Assembly: GCA_963830915.1 (NCBI GenBank)
Contig: CAWHOE010000019.1
Span: 32,001-96,000, forward strand
Source of the DNA: a candidate division FCPU426 bacterium
GTDB taxonomy: Bacteria; Oederibacteriota; Muellerivitia; Muellerivitales; Muellerivitaceae
Direction of reading: 5' to 3'
Length of the DNA: 64,000 nt
In this document: positions 11,322 to 22,024 of the stretch, in pieces
Position numbering within the stretch: the stretch's first letter is position 1
Layout: every line of letters starts with the position of its first letter
Notes under the pieces: generated by a model
Seen by the model: only the letters and a program-made list of their open reading frames with translations
Told to the model about the DNA's origin: nothing
Database searches by the model: none
Made by a program: the position numbers and the translations under genes

Positions 11322-12035
11322 ATGAGAGCCATCCTCCTAGCCGGGGGCAAAGGCACGCGCCTGAGGCCCTACACCACGCTCATCCCGAAACCCCTTGTCC
11401 CATTGGGCGGGGAGATCTCCATCCTGGAGATCGTGCTCCAGCAATTGAAGAAGGCCGGGTTCACCCATATCACCCTGGCGGTCAACCATCTTTCCAAACT
11501 GATCATGGCCTATATCGGGGACGGTTCCCGTTGGGACCTCAAGATCGATTACTCCTTGGAAGAAAAACCCCTCAGTACCATCGGCCCCCTGACCCTGGTG
11601 AAGGACCTGCCCGAGCGATTCCTGGTGATGAATGGCGATGTGCTGACGGACCTGGACTTCAAAAAGTTCTATGACGACCACGCCAAGGCCGGGAGTCCCA
11701 TCACTGTGGCGGCCTTTAAAAGGGAAAACCTCATCGACTTCGGGGTGATGCGTTACGACAAGGACCATTTCCTGACGGGCTTCGAGGAGAAACCAGTCCA
11801 TTCCTACGATGTCAGCATGGGGGTCTATTGCCTGGATCGTTCGGTCATCGAAAAACTCCCCAAGGGTGAGAAATACGGTTTTGACGACCTGATGAAGGAT
11901 GGGTTGAAGAGCGGGGAAAAGGTCCGGATCCAACCTTTCAAAGGTTTTTGGCTGGATATCGGCCGGCCCGAGGATTACCAATACGCCGAGGACCATTTTC
12001 TCGAGATCAAAAAGACCCTCGGGCTGGTTCCATGA
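11322..12035 (+). CDS. Sugar-1-phosphate nucleotidyltransferase
   Basis: LAGGKGTRLRPYT..PKPL, MNGDVL, WLDIG. Confidence 0.9.
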   Translation: MRAILLAGGKGTRLRPYTTLIPKPLVPLGGEISILEIVLQQLKKAGFTHITLAVNHLSKLIMAYIGDGSRWDLKIDYSLEEKPLSTIGPLTLVKDLPERFLVMNGDVLTDLDFKKFYDDHAKAGSPITVAAFKRENLIDFGVMRYDKDHFLTGFEEKPVHSYDVSMGVYCLDRSVIEKLPKGEKYGFDDLMKDGLKSGEKVRIQPFKGFWLDIGRPEDYQYAEDHFLEIKKTLGLVP

Positions 12036-12886
12036 AAGTCCTGATCACGGGCGCGGCGGGTTTTACGGGCCGCCATCTTTCCGCCCTTCTCTCGAAAGAG
12101 GCGGGGAACCAACTGGTCCTGATCGACCGAAAAGCTTCTCAAGGTATTTTGTCCTGCGACCTGGCCAAGCCCGAAGAGGTGGAAGGAACATTGAAGGATC
12201 AGGCTCCTGACCAGATCTACCACTTGGCCGGGACCTTTACCAATGACTATGGCCTGGATCACGCGTCCAATGTGGAAAGCTCCAAGAACCTGATGGACGC
12301 GGTCGTGAAACTGAAACTTAACCCCAAGATCCTGCTGGTGGGAAGCGCGGCAGAATATGGGGATGTTCCGGAAGCCGAGAATCCAGTGAAAGAAAACCGG
12401 CCCCTTCGCCCAGTCAGTGTCTATGGACTTACCAAGGCGATTCAGACCCAGCTGATGTTTTTTTACTCCGCGACGACCACCCTTCGTCTGGTGATGGCCC
12501 GGACCTTCAACCTTATGGGAAAGGGCGTGTCCGACCGCCTGTTTGTCGGTAAGATATATCAACAGATCGATGAGTTGAAAAAAGGCAAGCTTCAAAAGAT
12601 CACCACTGGTTTTCTGGGGGCTGAAAGGGACTATCTCCCGGTGGAGGAAGCGGTTCGAAAGTACAAGGTTCTGATGGAAATGGGCGCGCCCGGCGAGGTC
12701 TACAATGTCGGGAGCGGCAAGGGGATCAAGATGTCCAGCCTCCTCTACAAGATCCTGCAGGAGAACGGACTGTCCATGGACGTGGTCCTGGAAGGGGCGG
12801 TGGAAGCCACCCCCAAACACAATGTCATGAGGATGGTCGCGGATACTGGCAAGTTAACGGCGTTGGAAAGCGGGAAGAAACCATGA
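12032..12886 (+). CDS. NAD-dependent epimerase/reductase (RMD-like SDR)
   Basis: MKVLITGAAGFTG; YGLTK; ATGA overlap with the upstream stop. Confidence 0.85.
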   Translation: MKVLITGAAGFTGRHLSALLSKEAGNQLVLIDRKASQGILSCDLAKPEEVEGTLKDQAPDQIYHLAGTFTNDYGLDHASNVESSKNLMDAVVKLKLNPKILLVGSAAEYGDVPEAENPVKENRPLRPVSVYGLTKAIQTQLMFFYSATTTLRLVMARTFNLMGKGVSDRLFVGKIYQQIDELKKGKLQKITTGFLGAERDYLPVEEAVRKYKVLMEMGAPGEVYNVGSGKGIKMSSLLYKILQENGLSMDVVLEGAVEATPKHNVMRMVADTGKLTALESGKKP

Positions 12887-13821
12887 AAACCCTGACGGTC
12901 ATCAGCCCGGTCTATAACGAAGCCGAGGTCATCGAGCATTTCTGCGGGGAATTGAAAAAGGAACTGGGGAAACTCAAGGGGCGTTATAAAACCCATGTGC
13001 TTTTTGTCGTGGACAAGGGAACGGACGGGACCCTGGACGCCCTCCGCCGGGTCTGCCGGAAGGATAAAAGCGTTTCGGTCCTGGCCCTTTCCTCTCGTTT
13101 CGGGCACCAGATGTCACTGCTGGCTGGCATCGACCACGCCGATTCGGACGCGGTCGTCATGATGGACTGCGACCTTCAGCATCCCCCGGCGCTGATCCAT
13201 GAGATGGTCAAGGAGTATGAAAAGGGGAGCGCAGTGGTGTACGCGGTGAGGAAGGACACGGACGAGATCGGATGGTTCAAGCGCGCCGGGTCCCGGCTTT
13301 TCTATTGGTTCATCAATAAGATCTCGGATATTCCGATCAATGAGAACGCCGCCGATTTTCGGCTCATTTCCCGGCCTGTCCTGAAGGTATTGAAGGAGCA
13401 GGTCCGTGAAAGGAATATCTTCTTTAGGGGCATCATCAGCTGGCTCGGTTTCAAGCAGACACCGGTGGCTTTCACCGTGCAGAAAAGATACGCGGGAAGC
13501 ACCAAATATTCCCTTCATAATCTTCTTCGTCTCGGGAAATGGGGGGTCCTTTCCTTCAGCAAGAAACCCCTGCAGGCGGCGGTTTTCTTTGGGGTCCTGT
13601 TCGCCCTTTTCGCTTTCGTCAACGCGGCCGTAACCTTTGTCCAATACTTCATCTACAAATCCCTGCCATCCGGTTGGACCACCATCGTCATCCTGCTGTC
13701 CTTCCTGGGCGGGGTCCAGCTCATCTTTCTGGGCATCATCGGGGAATATATCGGCGGGATCTTCGATGAGGTGAAGGGACGGCCCCATTACATCGTCGAA
13801 GAAAAACTGAACCTTCGGTGA
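12883..13821 (+). CDS. GT2 polyprenol-phosphate glycosyltransferase (GtrB-like)
   Basis: PVYNE, RFGHQ, MDCDLQHPP, DFRL, two C-terminal TM helices, GEYIG..RPHY. Confidence 0.9.
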   Translation: MKTLTVISPVYNEAEVIEHFCGELKKELGKLKGRYKTHVLFVVDKGTDGTLDALRRVCRKDKSVSVLALSSRFGHQMSLLAGIDHADSDAVVMMDCDLQHPPALIHEMVKEYEKGSAVVYAVRKDTDEIGWFKRAGSRLFYWFINKISDIPINENAADFRLISRPVLKVLKEQVRERNIFFRGIISWLGFKQTPVAFTVQKRYAGSTKYSLHNLLRLGKWGVLSFSKKPLQAAVFFGVLFALFAFVNAAVTFVQYFIYKSLPSGWTTIVILLSFLGGVQLIFLGIIGEYIGGIFDEVKGRPHYIVEEKLNLR

Positions 13822-14660
13822 GCGCCTGTGTCCTTTGCGGCGGGAAGAAGAACCATCCCCTCTACGCGGGCGTTCTGCGGTGCGAGTCCTGCGGTTATGT
13901 CTTCGCCGATGTCCGTCTGACCGACCAACAACTCTTCAAGCTTTACCGACGGGATTATTTTTTCGGCGAGGAATACATCGATTACATCGCCGACCGGAAG
14001 GTGTTGGAAAAGAACTTCGCGTTGCGGTGGAAGGTCCTGCGGGGATTCCTGGAGCAACAATCCCACAAACGCCTATTGGAGATCGGATGCGCCCACGGAT
14101 TTTTCCTGAACATGGTTCGGGATGAGTTCGACGAGGTCCGGGGAATCGATGTTAGCGAGGACGGCATCAAGTACGCCAAGAAAACACTGGGGTTGCCGGT
14201 CGTCAGGGGGGACTTCCTTGAAAAATCCTTCGGCCGAAAAAAATTCGATTTGGTTTGTCTTTGGGATACCATCGAGCACCTGCGGGATCCCCATCTATAC
14301 CTGAGAAAGATCGCCCAGTTGACCCAGCCGGGTTCATTGGTCGCCATCACTACCGGGGATATCGAGAGTCCCAACGCCAGATTCCGAGGGCAAAAGTGGC
14401 GTCTGTTGCACCCGCCGACCCACCTGCATTATTTTTCCAAGAAAACCCTCGCGGCCCTGTTGGACCGGAACGGGTTCGACGTGGTTTATAGCCGATACTG
14501 CGGTTTTTACAGGAGCGTGGATAATATCGCTTATAACATCCTGGTCCTGCGCCAAAAGAAAAAATGGCTCTACGAGCTCATCAAAAAAAGCGGATTGGCA
14601 TCCTGGGATATATATCTGGATATGTTCGACATCCGTTATGTGATCGGCAGGAAACGGTGA
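13818..14660 (+). CDS. SAM methyltransferase with N-terminal CxxC...CxxC Zn ribbon
   Basis: CVLC..CESC; LLEIGCAHGFF; IEHL; HPPTHLHYF; GTGA overlap with the upstream gene. Confidence 0.85.
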   Translation: MSACVLCGGKKNHPLYAGVLRCESCGYVFADVRLTDQQLFKLYRRDYFFGEEYIDYIADRKVLEKNFALRWKVLRGFLEQQSHKRLLEIGCAHGFFLNMVRDEFDEVRGIDVSEDGIKYAKKTLGLPVVRGDFLEKSFGRKKFDLVCLWDTIEHLRDPHLYLRKIAQLTQPGSLVAITTGDIESPNARFRGQKWRLLHPPTHLHYFSKKTLAALLDRNGFDVVYSRYCGFYRSVDNIAYNILVLRQKKKWLYELIKKSGLASWDIYLDMFDIRYVIGRKR

Positions 14661-14825
14661 GATCAGGCCAGGGTTGGCCCATGGATTTGGCAATAATTCA
14701 TCGATTTGGCGGGGTTTTACTTCAATGGCAGAAATCTTTATTAACTAATTTGGTCATATTGGGAATTATCAATGGGCATTACGCAGTGTATAATCCAAGA
14801 GCGTTGACCATTTAACGAGGTAATA

Positions 14826-16304
14826 GTGATCTTCCAACACCGTTCCTATTTGCAGTTCTTATTGGTATCCGCTTTTTTCATTACGGCCTTCAACGGCACC
14901 CTTTATGGTCAGCCCGCGCCCGAGGTCAGCGACCCGGATTTGTCTTTGCCGCCGCCGCCGATCACAACCCCGACTACAGCCTCTCCAGCCGCGACTTCCG
15001 TTGGGACACCCGCCATCACCCCCCCTGTGGTCTCGGCCCCGGCGCCTTCCGCTAGCGACCCAGATTCGGCTTTGCCGCAACCAATGGTGACAACCCCGAC
15101 TCCGGCCTCTCCAACCGCGACTTCGGTTGGGACGCCCGCCAGCACCCCTAAGGTGGCCTCAACCCCGGCAGCGTCCACCGGCGCCCCGGACCTAGCTTTG
15201 CCTTCCATGCCCCCGACCCCCAGCCCTTATGAACAGGCCATGGCGTTATTCCAAAAGAAACAATATTCGGCATCCATCCCGCTTTTTCAACAAGCGGTCA
15301 AGGGAAACCCGGATGATTTCAGGGCCTTCTATTATTTGGGTTCGGCCCAGCTTTTGACCAAAGATAAACGGAACGGGATCGTATCCCTGTCCATTTCTTG
15401 TCAAAAGAGGCCCAACGTCAAATTGAGCGCCTATGTCAAACGGTTGATGGGCACACTTACGGACCAGGAACAACAATGGGTGGAGGCGAAGGTACAGGCT
15501 TTCATGACCGGGAAGAAGATGGATCTTCCCGATTTTGTCAATTATCCGGAATTCGGCATTCGTGTGGAATCTGGCATGGTGCTCATGAATCTGGCTGATT
15601 TCAAGGCGGAAGCCCAGTCGGGAGCGGCATTTGGGAATGTTCAAGAGACCTATGACCCGGGTTATCGTTACGTGGGAATGGTGCCGACATCATTCCCGAG
15701 TTTCAACCTGGAACCAGTGGTGAAATTGGGAACTCATTTCGAGGTGGGTTTGCCGGTTGCTTATACGCCGGTGGGCACAGTTTCAGAAACTATCCAAAGC
15801 AGTCTCTACGGAAACAGCTCCCAGTCTTTCGCCATCAGCGCTTATTCCATAGGCCTGAACGCCCGGTACCTGGCCGGAGAAGGGGACTTGCAGGCTTTTC
15901 TCGCGGGCGGGCCGCTGGTGGTGCCGGTCATGATGAACGTCACTTGCTCGAACTATCCAATTTTAACTCCTTTCTACCCCAATGGTTTAGGCTCGGGTAC
16001 TGGCAATTTTTCGTGTGTTGCCGTGGGAGGGCAGGCCCAGGTGGGTCTGGATTGGCATTTGGATGATCATTTCCTGGTATCCCCCTCGCTCGGCTACCAA
16101 TGGGTTGTAGCGAACGATTTCACAGGAACCCTGGCGGGGAGCGGAAATACGGTAAAATCACGGCTTGAATTCAATACCAATCCGGTCAACGGCAGTCAAA
16201 TCACCCAAGTGCCAGTTGGGAACCCGGATCCGAGCGGCATGCGGCCCCTTCAGGTTGATTTGAGTGGTATTATTATCGGGCTATATCTTTCAGCTTTTTT
16301 TTAG
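14826..16304 (+). CDS. Secreted protein: Pro/Thr repeats + TPR + C-terminal outer-membrane beta-barrel
   Basis: Signal peptide; two ~42-aa P/T/S/A repeats; TPR-like YEQAMALF..AFYYLG; alternating beta strands ending LYLSAFF. Confidence 0.7.
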   Translation: MIFQHRSYLQFLLVSAFFITAFNGTLYGQPAPEVSDPDLSLPPPPITTPTTASPAATSVGTPAITPPVVSAPAPSASDPDSALPQPMVTTPTPASPTATSVGTPASTPKVASTPAASTGAPDLALPSMPPTPSPYEQAMALFQKKQYSASIPLFQQAVKGNPDDFRAFYYLGSAQLLTKDKRNGIVSLSISCQKRPNVKLSAYVKRLMGTLTDQEQQWVEAKVQAFMTGKKMDLPDFVNYPEFGIRVESGMVLMNLADFKAEAQSGAAFGNVQETYDPGYRYVGMVPTSFPSFNLEPVVKLGTHFEVGLPVAYTPVGTVSETIQSSLYGNSSQSFAISAYSIGLNARYLAGEGDLQAFLAGGPLVVPVMMNVTCSNYPILTPFYPNGLGSGTGNFSCVAVGGQAQVGLDWHLDDHFLVSPSLGYQWVVANDFTGTLAGSGNTVKSRLEFNTNPVNGSQITQVPVGNPDPSGMRPLQVDLSGIIIGLYLSAFF

Positions 16305-16325
16305 AGAGGATCGTGGAAAGGGTTC

Positions 16326-18032
16326 ATGAGGAATTTTCGAGTTAATTTCATATCGTTTTTAATGCTTGTAGCCGTGGGTTTACTTCCGATGGCCTGCCAT
16401 AACACCTACAAGAACAATCCAACCATGCCTATGGGTATGACGGCCACCTTGAGCCCGACCAATACTATTTTCAATACCACGACAAATACGGCCACTGCTA
16501 CCAACACTCGGACGGCTACTTATAGCCCCACCATTACTTTTACAGCCACCCTGACCATCTCGCCGACCTCCACCGCGACCGCGACCATGACCCCCACCCC
16601 GACCGACTCACAGACGGCCACCAATAGTCCAACCAATACCAATACTCCCACGATCACCTTTACTCCAACTCTTACCGATACCACGACCGCTACATCGACC
16701 GCGACCAACACATCGACATTCACCGACACTTTCACCCCGACCGATAGCGCGACCAATACCATGACCTCCACCAGCACATTAACCCCGACACCCTCGCCGA
16801 CCGCCACCAACTCTTCGACCCTTACCGATACCTTGACCCCGACGTCTTCCTTTACCCCGACCGATACTCCGACGAATACCTCGACGGCGACCCTAACCTA
16901 TACCCCAACGAATACGGCGACTGTTACTGCCACTTTGACGCCAACTAATTCCGCGACCTTGACTGACACCTATACCCCGACCAATACAACGACCAATACA
17001 GCGACCCAAACGTTGACGAATACCCCAACCATTACCGATACACCGACTGATACCGCGACCGCAACCGCCACTAAGACCACGACTAACACGGGTACGGTCA
17101 CGGACACCTATACCCCCACCAACACCAGGACAAACACGGCTACCCAAACCCCGACGAACACCACTACTATTACCTCTACCCCGACGAACAGCGCTACATC
17201 GACAGCTACCCAGACCGGGACCAATACGGGAACCATCACCGATACCTTTACACCAACTAATACTCGGACTAACACGGCCACTCAAACCCCGACCACCACC
17301 ACCACCATTACGTCTACCCCGACGAACAGCGCAACTTGGACGGCCACTAAGACTGCTACCAACACGGGTACTATCACGGATACTTATACTCCGCTCGATA
17401 CCCAGACCTCAACCAATACGGCGACCATCACGTCTACCCCCACGAACAGCGCGACATCGACCGCCACCAAGACCGCGACCAATACGGGAACCATCACGGA
17501 CACATTCACGCCTACCAACACCAGGACCATCACGGTCACTTATACTGCGACCTACACCCCGACTATAACGGCGACCATGACCGCGACGAAAACTGCCACC
17601 ATCACATTCACTCCAACGAACACCACGACGATCACTCCGACCAAAACCGCGACCAATACGGGAACCATTACAGACACCTATACCCCGCTCAACACTCCAA
17701 CGAATACGGCCACCAAGACCCCGACGAATACGGCCACCATAACCGACACTCCGACCAATACCGCCACCATGACGGCCACCAAGACGGCGACCAATACGGG
17801 GACCATCACCGATACATTCACGCCCACTAACACAAGGACCATCACCGACACGAATACCCCGACCAGCACACCCACGAATTCGGCGACCCAAACCCCCACT
17901 AAAACCGGATCTAATACACCAACCATTACTTCTACATTCACTCCGACTAACACGAGAACAAATACGGCCACGTTGACTCCGACCGCTACTCCCACTTTTA
18001 CAACCACCAATACACCGACAAACACGCCTTAA
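16326..18032 (+). CDS. Threonine-rich (T-x)n lipoprotein
   Basis: Lipobox-like LLPMAC; Thr at roughly every second residue for ~520 aa; mixed ACN codons. Confidence 0.8.
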   Translation: MRNFRVNFISFLMLVAVGLLPMACHNTYKNNPTMPMGMTATLSPTNTIFNTTTNTATATNTRTATYSPTITFTATLTISPTSTATATMTPTPTDSQTATNSPTNTNTPTITFTPTLTDTTTATSTATNTSTFTDTFTPTDSATNTMTSTSTLTPTPSPTATNSSTLTDTLTPTSSFTPTDTPTNTSTATLTYTPTNTATVTATLTPTNSATLTDTYTPTNTTTNTATQTLTNTPTITDTPTDTATATATKTTTNTGTVTDTYTPTNTRTNTATQTPTNTTTITSTPTNSATSTATQTGTNTGTITDTFTPTNTRTNTATQTPTTTTTITSTPTNSATWTATKTATNTGTITDTYTPLDTQTSTNTATITSTPTNSATSTATKTATNTGTITDTFTPTNTRTITVTYTATYTPTITATMTATKTATITFTPTNTTTITPTKTATNTGTITDTYTPLNTPTNTATKTPTNTATITDTPTNTATMTATKTATNTGTITDTFTPTNTRTITDTNTPTSTPTNSATQTPTKTGSNTPTITSTFTPTNTRTNTATLTPTATPTFTTTNTPTNTP

Positions 18033-18146
18033 TCAAAACCGAAATAGAAAAAAATTAAATCATCGGGCCAATAAGAGTTCCACTGGAATATGGAATGATC
18101 GATGAATTATTGGTTGGTATGGGTAAAGCTGAAGATGTGAAATGTT

Positions 18147-18866
18147 TCAGCTTAAGGGATTGGACCCTAAACGAAGGATCAAGGCACGACCGAGATATTT
18201 CAAAAGAGTGGTCAACCCCAGCTTGGACTCGCCTCGAGTGCGGTCGATGAACTCGATGGGAACTTCAATCACTCGAAGCTTGGCCCGATAACAACGGAAA
18301 AGGATCTCGGACACGGTGAAGGGGTCCCTCGCCTTCAGGGTATCGACTTTGATCTTGGTCAAAGCTTCCTTTGAAAAGGCCCGGAAACCCGAGGTCGGGT
18401 CGTTGGCTTTCAACCCCAGCACGAATTTCAAGTATTGCTTGGCAAAACCACTGGTAAGTTGCCGGTGGATGGGTCGGTCCACATCCTTTCCTCCTGGGAT
18501 GTAACGACTGCCCAAAACCACATCGGCCTCGCCTGATTGGATCGGGGCGATCAGGGAAGGGATGAATTTCGGCTGATGGGAAAGATCCCCATCCATTTCG
18601 ACAACCGCGTCCGCCCCCATGGACAAGGCCTTAACGAAACCGTCTCGGCCCGCCCAACCCCTGCCTTTTACAGCCTTTTCACGCAAGAGTAAATGAAGTT
18701 TCTGGTCTGTTTTCATCATTTTTTGAACTTCCTCGAAGGTGCCGTCCGGGGAGGAATCATCCACCACCAACACCTCGGCTTGGGGGACGTTTTGATACAG
18801 TAACGAGACCAACTCGCCGATATTGGTCCTCTCGTTGTATGTGGGGACCATGATGATCGTTTTCAT
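18147..18866 (-). CDS. Polyprenol monophosphomannose synthase-like GT2 (Dpm1/Ppm1 family)
   Basis: PTYNE, VDDSSPDGT, MDGDLSHQP, GSRYIPGG, DPTSGFR. Confidence 0.9.
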   Translation of the reverse strand: MKTIIMVPTYNERTNIGELVSLLYQNVPQAEVLVVDDSSPDGTFEEVQKMMKTDQKLHLLLREKAVKGRGWAGRDGFVKALSMGADAVVEMDGDLSHQPKFIPSLIAPIQSGEADVVLGSRYIPGGKDVDRPIHRQLTSGFAKQYLKFVLGLKANDPTSGFRAFSKEALTKIKVDTLKARDPFTVSEILFRCYRAKLRVIEVPIEFIDRTRGESKLGLTTLLKYLGRALILRLGSNPLS

Positions 18867-18908
18867 TTGACCCGTTCCTTGAATGGGATCGCCGGAAGAA
18901 CCTGACCG

Positions 18909-20033
18909 TTAAAGGACTTTTTTTAACTGTCGCTCGACAGCCGCTAACATATCTTTCTCTTTCAGATTGTCCATGCAGGAAACTTTTTGGGTGCATTGGT
19001 TCTGGTAATAACAGCCACAAGGGATGTTTGGCAGGACCTTTTCACCTTGTCCATAAAGGTCGATCTCGACATCGGAAGTTGGTCCAAAGTAGGCGACCAG
19101 CCTTTTATTCAGCGCGATGGCCACATGCAGGGCCAGGGTATCCCCGGTCACCAGGACCTGGCACAGATCCATCAAAGAGGCGAACTGGCGAAGGGTGTTG
19201 TCGGTGCCAGTGGAGAGGCAAATTCCCTTTAGTTTTTTGGCTAAGGCCGGCATCAATTCTCTTTCTTCCGGCCCGCCGTAAAGTAGGATGCCAACCTTTG
19301 GATATTTCTTTTTAAGGGTCTTGGCCAGCCATGAAAAACCATCCAACCGCCAACGTTTCATGGGCCAGCGTCCTCCTGAACCGATATTGAAACCGACGAC
19401 CTTCTTGAATTTAGTGAGCTTGTTCTTGCGGGCGAATTCCTTCGCCCAGGACCTTTCTTTTTCGGTCAGGACCAACTGGGGTTTTTCCCCTTGGTAAGTC
19501 AGGCCAGCTAGCTTGAAAAGATGGTCTTGATAGGTGCGTTGGTTGGCCCTTTTGACCGTGTCGAAAATGCCCATCTCGAACCAGGTGTAGGAGGACTCTT
19601 CCAAGGGAACGACCGCGCCTTCTTTGGACAATCCGAAACCGTGTTTTTGTCCGGCATTAGCCAGGTGCAGGATGGCGGCGGCTTTGCGGCTCATGTCGAA
19701 ATTAAAAGCGCGGGCGAAGAGAGTGGCACCCAGATATCCCGGCAAGGCTCCGTCGGGTGTAAGAAGGACATCGATGAATGGATTCTTCTCCAAAAGCGGT
19801 TTCGAGGAAGGCTCGGTGACCCACCAAATGGAAAGCCCTGGTTTGGCTTTAAGGGCGGGTAAAAGAGAGGTGGATCGGAGCACGTCACCCGCGGCATCCA
19901 ATTTAATGATCAAGACCCTTTCCTGGACCGGTTCATATCGGGGACAGTCCTGGCAAATGACACCCTCGGTCTTATGGGGGGCGCAGGGTTTTTCTCCGGT
20001 AAAATATCGGCAATCGGGTCGAAAATAAAGCAT
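18909..20033 (-). CDS. GT9 heptosyltransferase-like glycosyltransferase
   Basis: LIIKLDAAGDVL, KRW, TGDTLALHVA, FGPTS; start placed at the ATG following AAGGA. Confidence 0.85.
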   Translation of the reverse strand: MLYFRPDCRYFTGEKPCAPHKTEGVICQDCPRYEPVQERVLIIKLDAAGDVLRSTSLLPALKAKPGLSIWWVTEPSSKPLLEKNPFIDVLLTPDGALPGYLGATLFARAFNFDMSRKAAAILHLANAGQKHGFGLSKEGAVVPLEESSYTWFEMGIFDTVKRANQRTYQDHLFKLAGLTYQGEKPQLVLTEKERSWAKEFARKNKLTKFKKVVGFNIGSGGRWPMKRWRLDGFSWLAKTLKKKYPKVGILLYGGPEERELMPALAKKLKGICLSTGTDNTLRQFASLMDLCQVLVTGDTLALHVAIALNKRLVAYFGPTSDVEIDLYGQGEKVLPNIPCGCYYQNQCTQKVSCMDNLKEKDMLAAVERQLKKVL

Positions 20034-20108
20034 GATCTTCCTTTGCAAGCATTGTAAAGCGTCAGACCCACCGTACCAAGTTTTTTGAACTTTTTATGGA
20101 CTCTTGTC

Positions 20109-21185
20109 TTATTTATTAGGGGAGGTCGATTTTCGAGCGGTAGCATAGAGAAGCAGGCTGTTGACCACGAACACATCCGTTAGTTCGAAACCGTTTTGGC
20201 TTAACGTGGCCTTCAAGCGGGTTTTAGTGAAATGGTGGATATGTCCACAACGATATTTGTGATAAAGGCTGCCGCGGATATAACCCATGTAAAGACAATT
20301 GAGATTGAAAAGGGTGAAGAATGGCCCAAGGAAATAATCATATGGAACGGTGATCAGGAAAGTGCCGTCATCCTTGAGGATTCGTCGTACCTCGGCAAGA
20401 ACGCTGACATGATCGAATACGTGCTCTAGAACCTCGGACATCAGGATCAGGTCGAACCCTTTGGTCTTGAGACCTGTCTTGGCTAGATCGGCGCAGACCT
20501 TGTAATCCTTTAGCCGCTTGTTGCGTTTAGCCCATTGGAGCATCTTTTCATTGATATCCACTCCGAAAACAGGAAGATGCGGGGTATTCCACCAGCAGTT
20601 TCCGCATCCCAAATCGGCCATCTTGGTCCCTTTCTTGAAATTCTTTGAGACGAATTCGGTAAGGCGTTCGTAACGGGAGCGGTGATACCAGGCCCGGAAT
20701 TTGCTGACCTTCTGTTCATTGGTGTTATCGTCATAATAGCTTTCGTTCATTTCCCGATATTCGACCTCCGCCATTTTGGCCGAGCTGAAGGTCGCGATCC
20801 GGTTCAAGAGGGCGTTGGAAACGGCCAGGATCGCCAGACAAGTCAAAAGCCCGATCGGGAGGGATAGGCCGAAATGAGCGATGAAAATCCACAAAAGAGC
20901 CGCGCTACCGACCGATACCCAGAAACTCAAGAAGATATGGATGGGTAGGGAGGTTCGCATGCGGATCTCTTGATTCACATAAACCACGTTGTAATAGAAA
21001 TAATGGAATACTTGGTTGAAGAAAGTTCCGAGGAAAAAAGCCAACAAAGGGTTAACCGAGAATTTTTGGGCCAGGATCAGGGTGACCCCGGCGTTCAAGA
21101 GAGCTCCCATTAGTCCGCCGAATAGAAAGATAAGAATGGACGGATGGCGCCATCGATTTACGACCCTGTGTTCGGGCATAGTCAA
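20109..21185 (-). CDS. GtrA-like 4-TM domain fused to a SAM methyltransferase
   Basis: Four hydrophobic helices in the N-terminal ~130 aa, then DLGCG, GVDI, SEVLEHV, ITVP. Confidence 0.75.
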   Translation of the reverse strand: MTMPEHRVVNRWRHPSILIFLFGGLMGALLNAGVTLILAQKFSVNPLLAFFLGTFFNQVFHYFYYNVVYVNQEIRMRTSLPIHIFLSFWVSVGSAALLWIFIAHFGLSLPIGLLTCLAILAVSNALLNRIATFSSAKMAEVEYREMNESYYDDNTNEQKVSKFRAWYHRSRYERLTEFVSKNFKKGTKMADLGCGNCWWNTPHLPVFGVDINEKMLQWAKRNKRLKDYKVCADLAKTGLKTKGFDLILMSEVLEHVFDHVSVLAEVRRILKDDGTFLITVPYDYFLGPFFTLFNLNCLYMGYIRGSLYHKYRCGHIHHFTKTRLKATLSQNGFELTDVFVVNSLLLYATARKSTSPNK

Positions 21186-21979
21186 CCTTTCCGAGCGACG
21201 ATGAAATAACAGGCCCCTGGCCCGCCATTTCGATTCAATGCGTCCTTAAGCCACCAGGAAGCCAAACGCTTGACCGGTTCCCGAGGTCCGAAAACCCATT
21301 TCCCGGTCAATACCCAAAGGATCTTGGAAGGTAAGGCCATGATCATCCATCGCTCGTAGGTGTGGAAAGTCTTGAGAGGAATGAGATATTCGGCTTTTTC
21401 CATCCTCAACCCGGCTTTTTTCAATCGTTTCGACCAGACCGTAGAGCTGTCCACGTGATGATGCTTGAACACCCTATTCAGACTGGTCACATACCAAAGA
21501 CCTAATTTCGAGAGGCCGATCCCCGCGAGTAATCTTTGGAAGAAGGTATCATTACTGAAGCACTCGCTGGGCACCGTGATCATCAACCGCCCCCCTCGCT
21601 TGAGCACCCTATGGATCTCACGCAAGGCTTGGTCAATATCCGGGATGTGCTCCAACACACAGTTGCTTACCACGGTCTTAAAACTGTTTGGCTTGAGGGG
21701 CAGGTCGGTGGCGCTGGCACAGATGGCTTTTCCATAACTGCCGCTTGCCGTGGCCCGTTCGATCTCCTTCGGGTCAAGGTCGATCCCCACTTCCAGTTTT
21801 TCACCGAAAGCTGTTCGACAGAGGAATCCGTCACCACAGCCTACGTCCAGGACGGGATGGACCAATTTTTCTTGGCTGAATCGATGGCATTCCAAAGCTC
21901 TCCAGAAAGCCATGGCCACAGGTGTGTGGGTGAGATATTCCTTGAAGAAGTCCACCCTGCTTTTTTCGATTTTTTTCAA
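21182..21979 (-). CDS. Class I SAM methyltransferase
   Basis: VLDVGCGDG, SNCVLEHIP. Confidence 0.9.
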   Translation of the reverse strand: MKKIEKSRVDFFKEYLTHTPVAMAFWRALECHRFSQEKLVHPVLDVGCGDGFLCRTAFGEKLEVGIDLDPKEIERATASGSYGKAICASATDLPLKPNSFKTVVSNCVLEHIPDIDQALREIHRVLKRGGRLMITVPSECFSNDTFFQRLLAGIGLSKLGLWYVTSLNRVFKHHHVDSSTVWSKRLKKAGLRMEKAEYLIPLKTFHTYERWMIMALPSKILWVLTGKWVFGPREPVKRLASWWLKDALNRNGGPGACYFIVARKG

Positions 21980-22024
21980 TGGGGCTCCATATTTGAACTA
22001 GGACGATCCTCGTCCCTGCCTCGA

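Noticed and set aside
16520..18025. Val-rich and Gly/Arg-rich minus-strand ORFs
   Set aside because: Reverse complement of the Thr-codon repeats.
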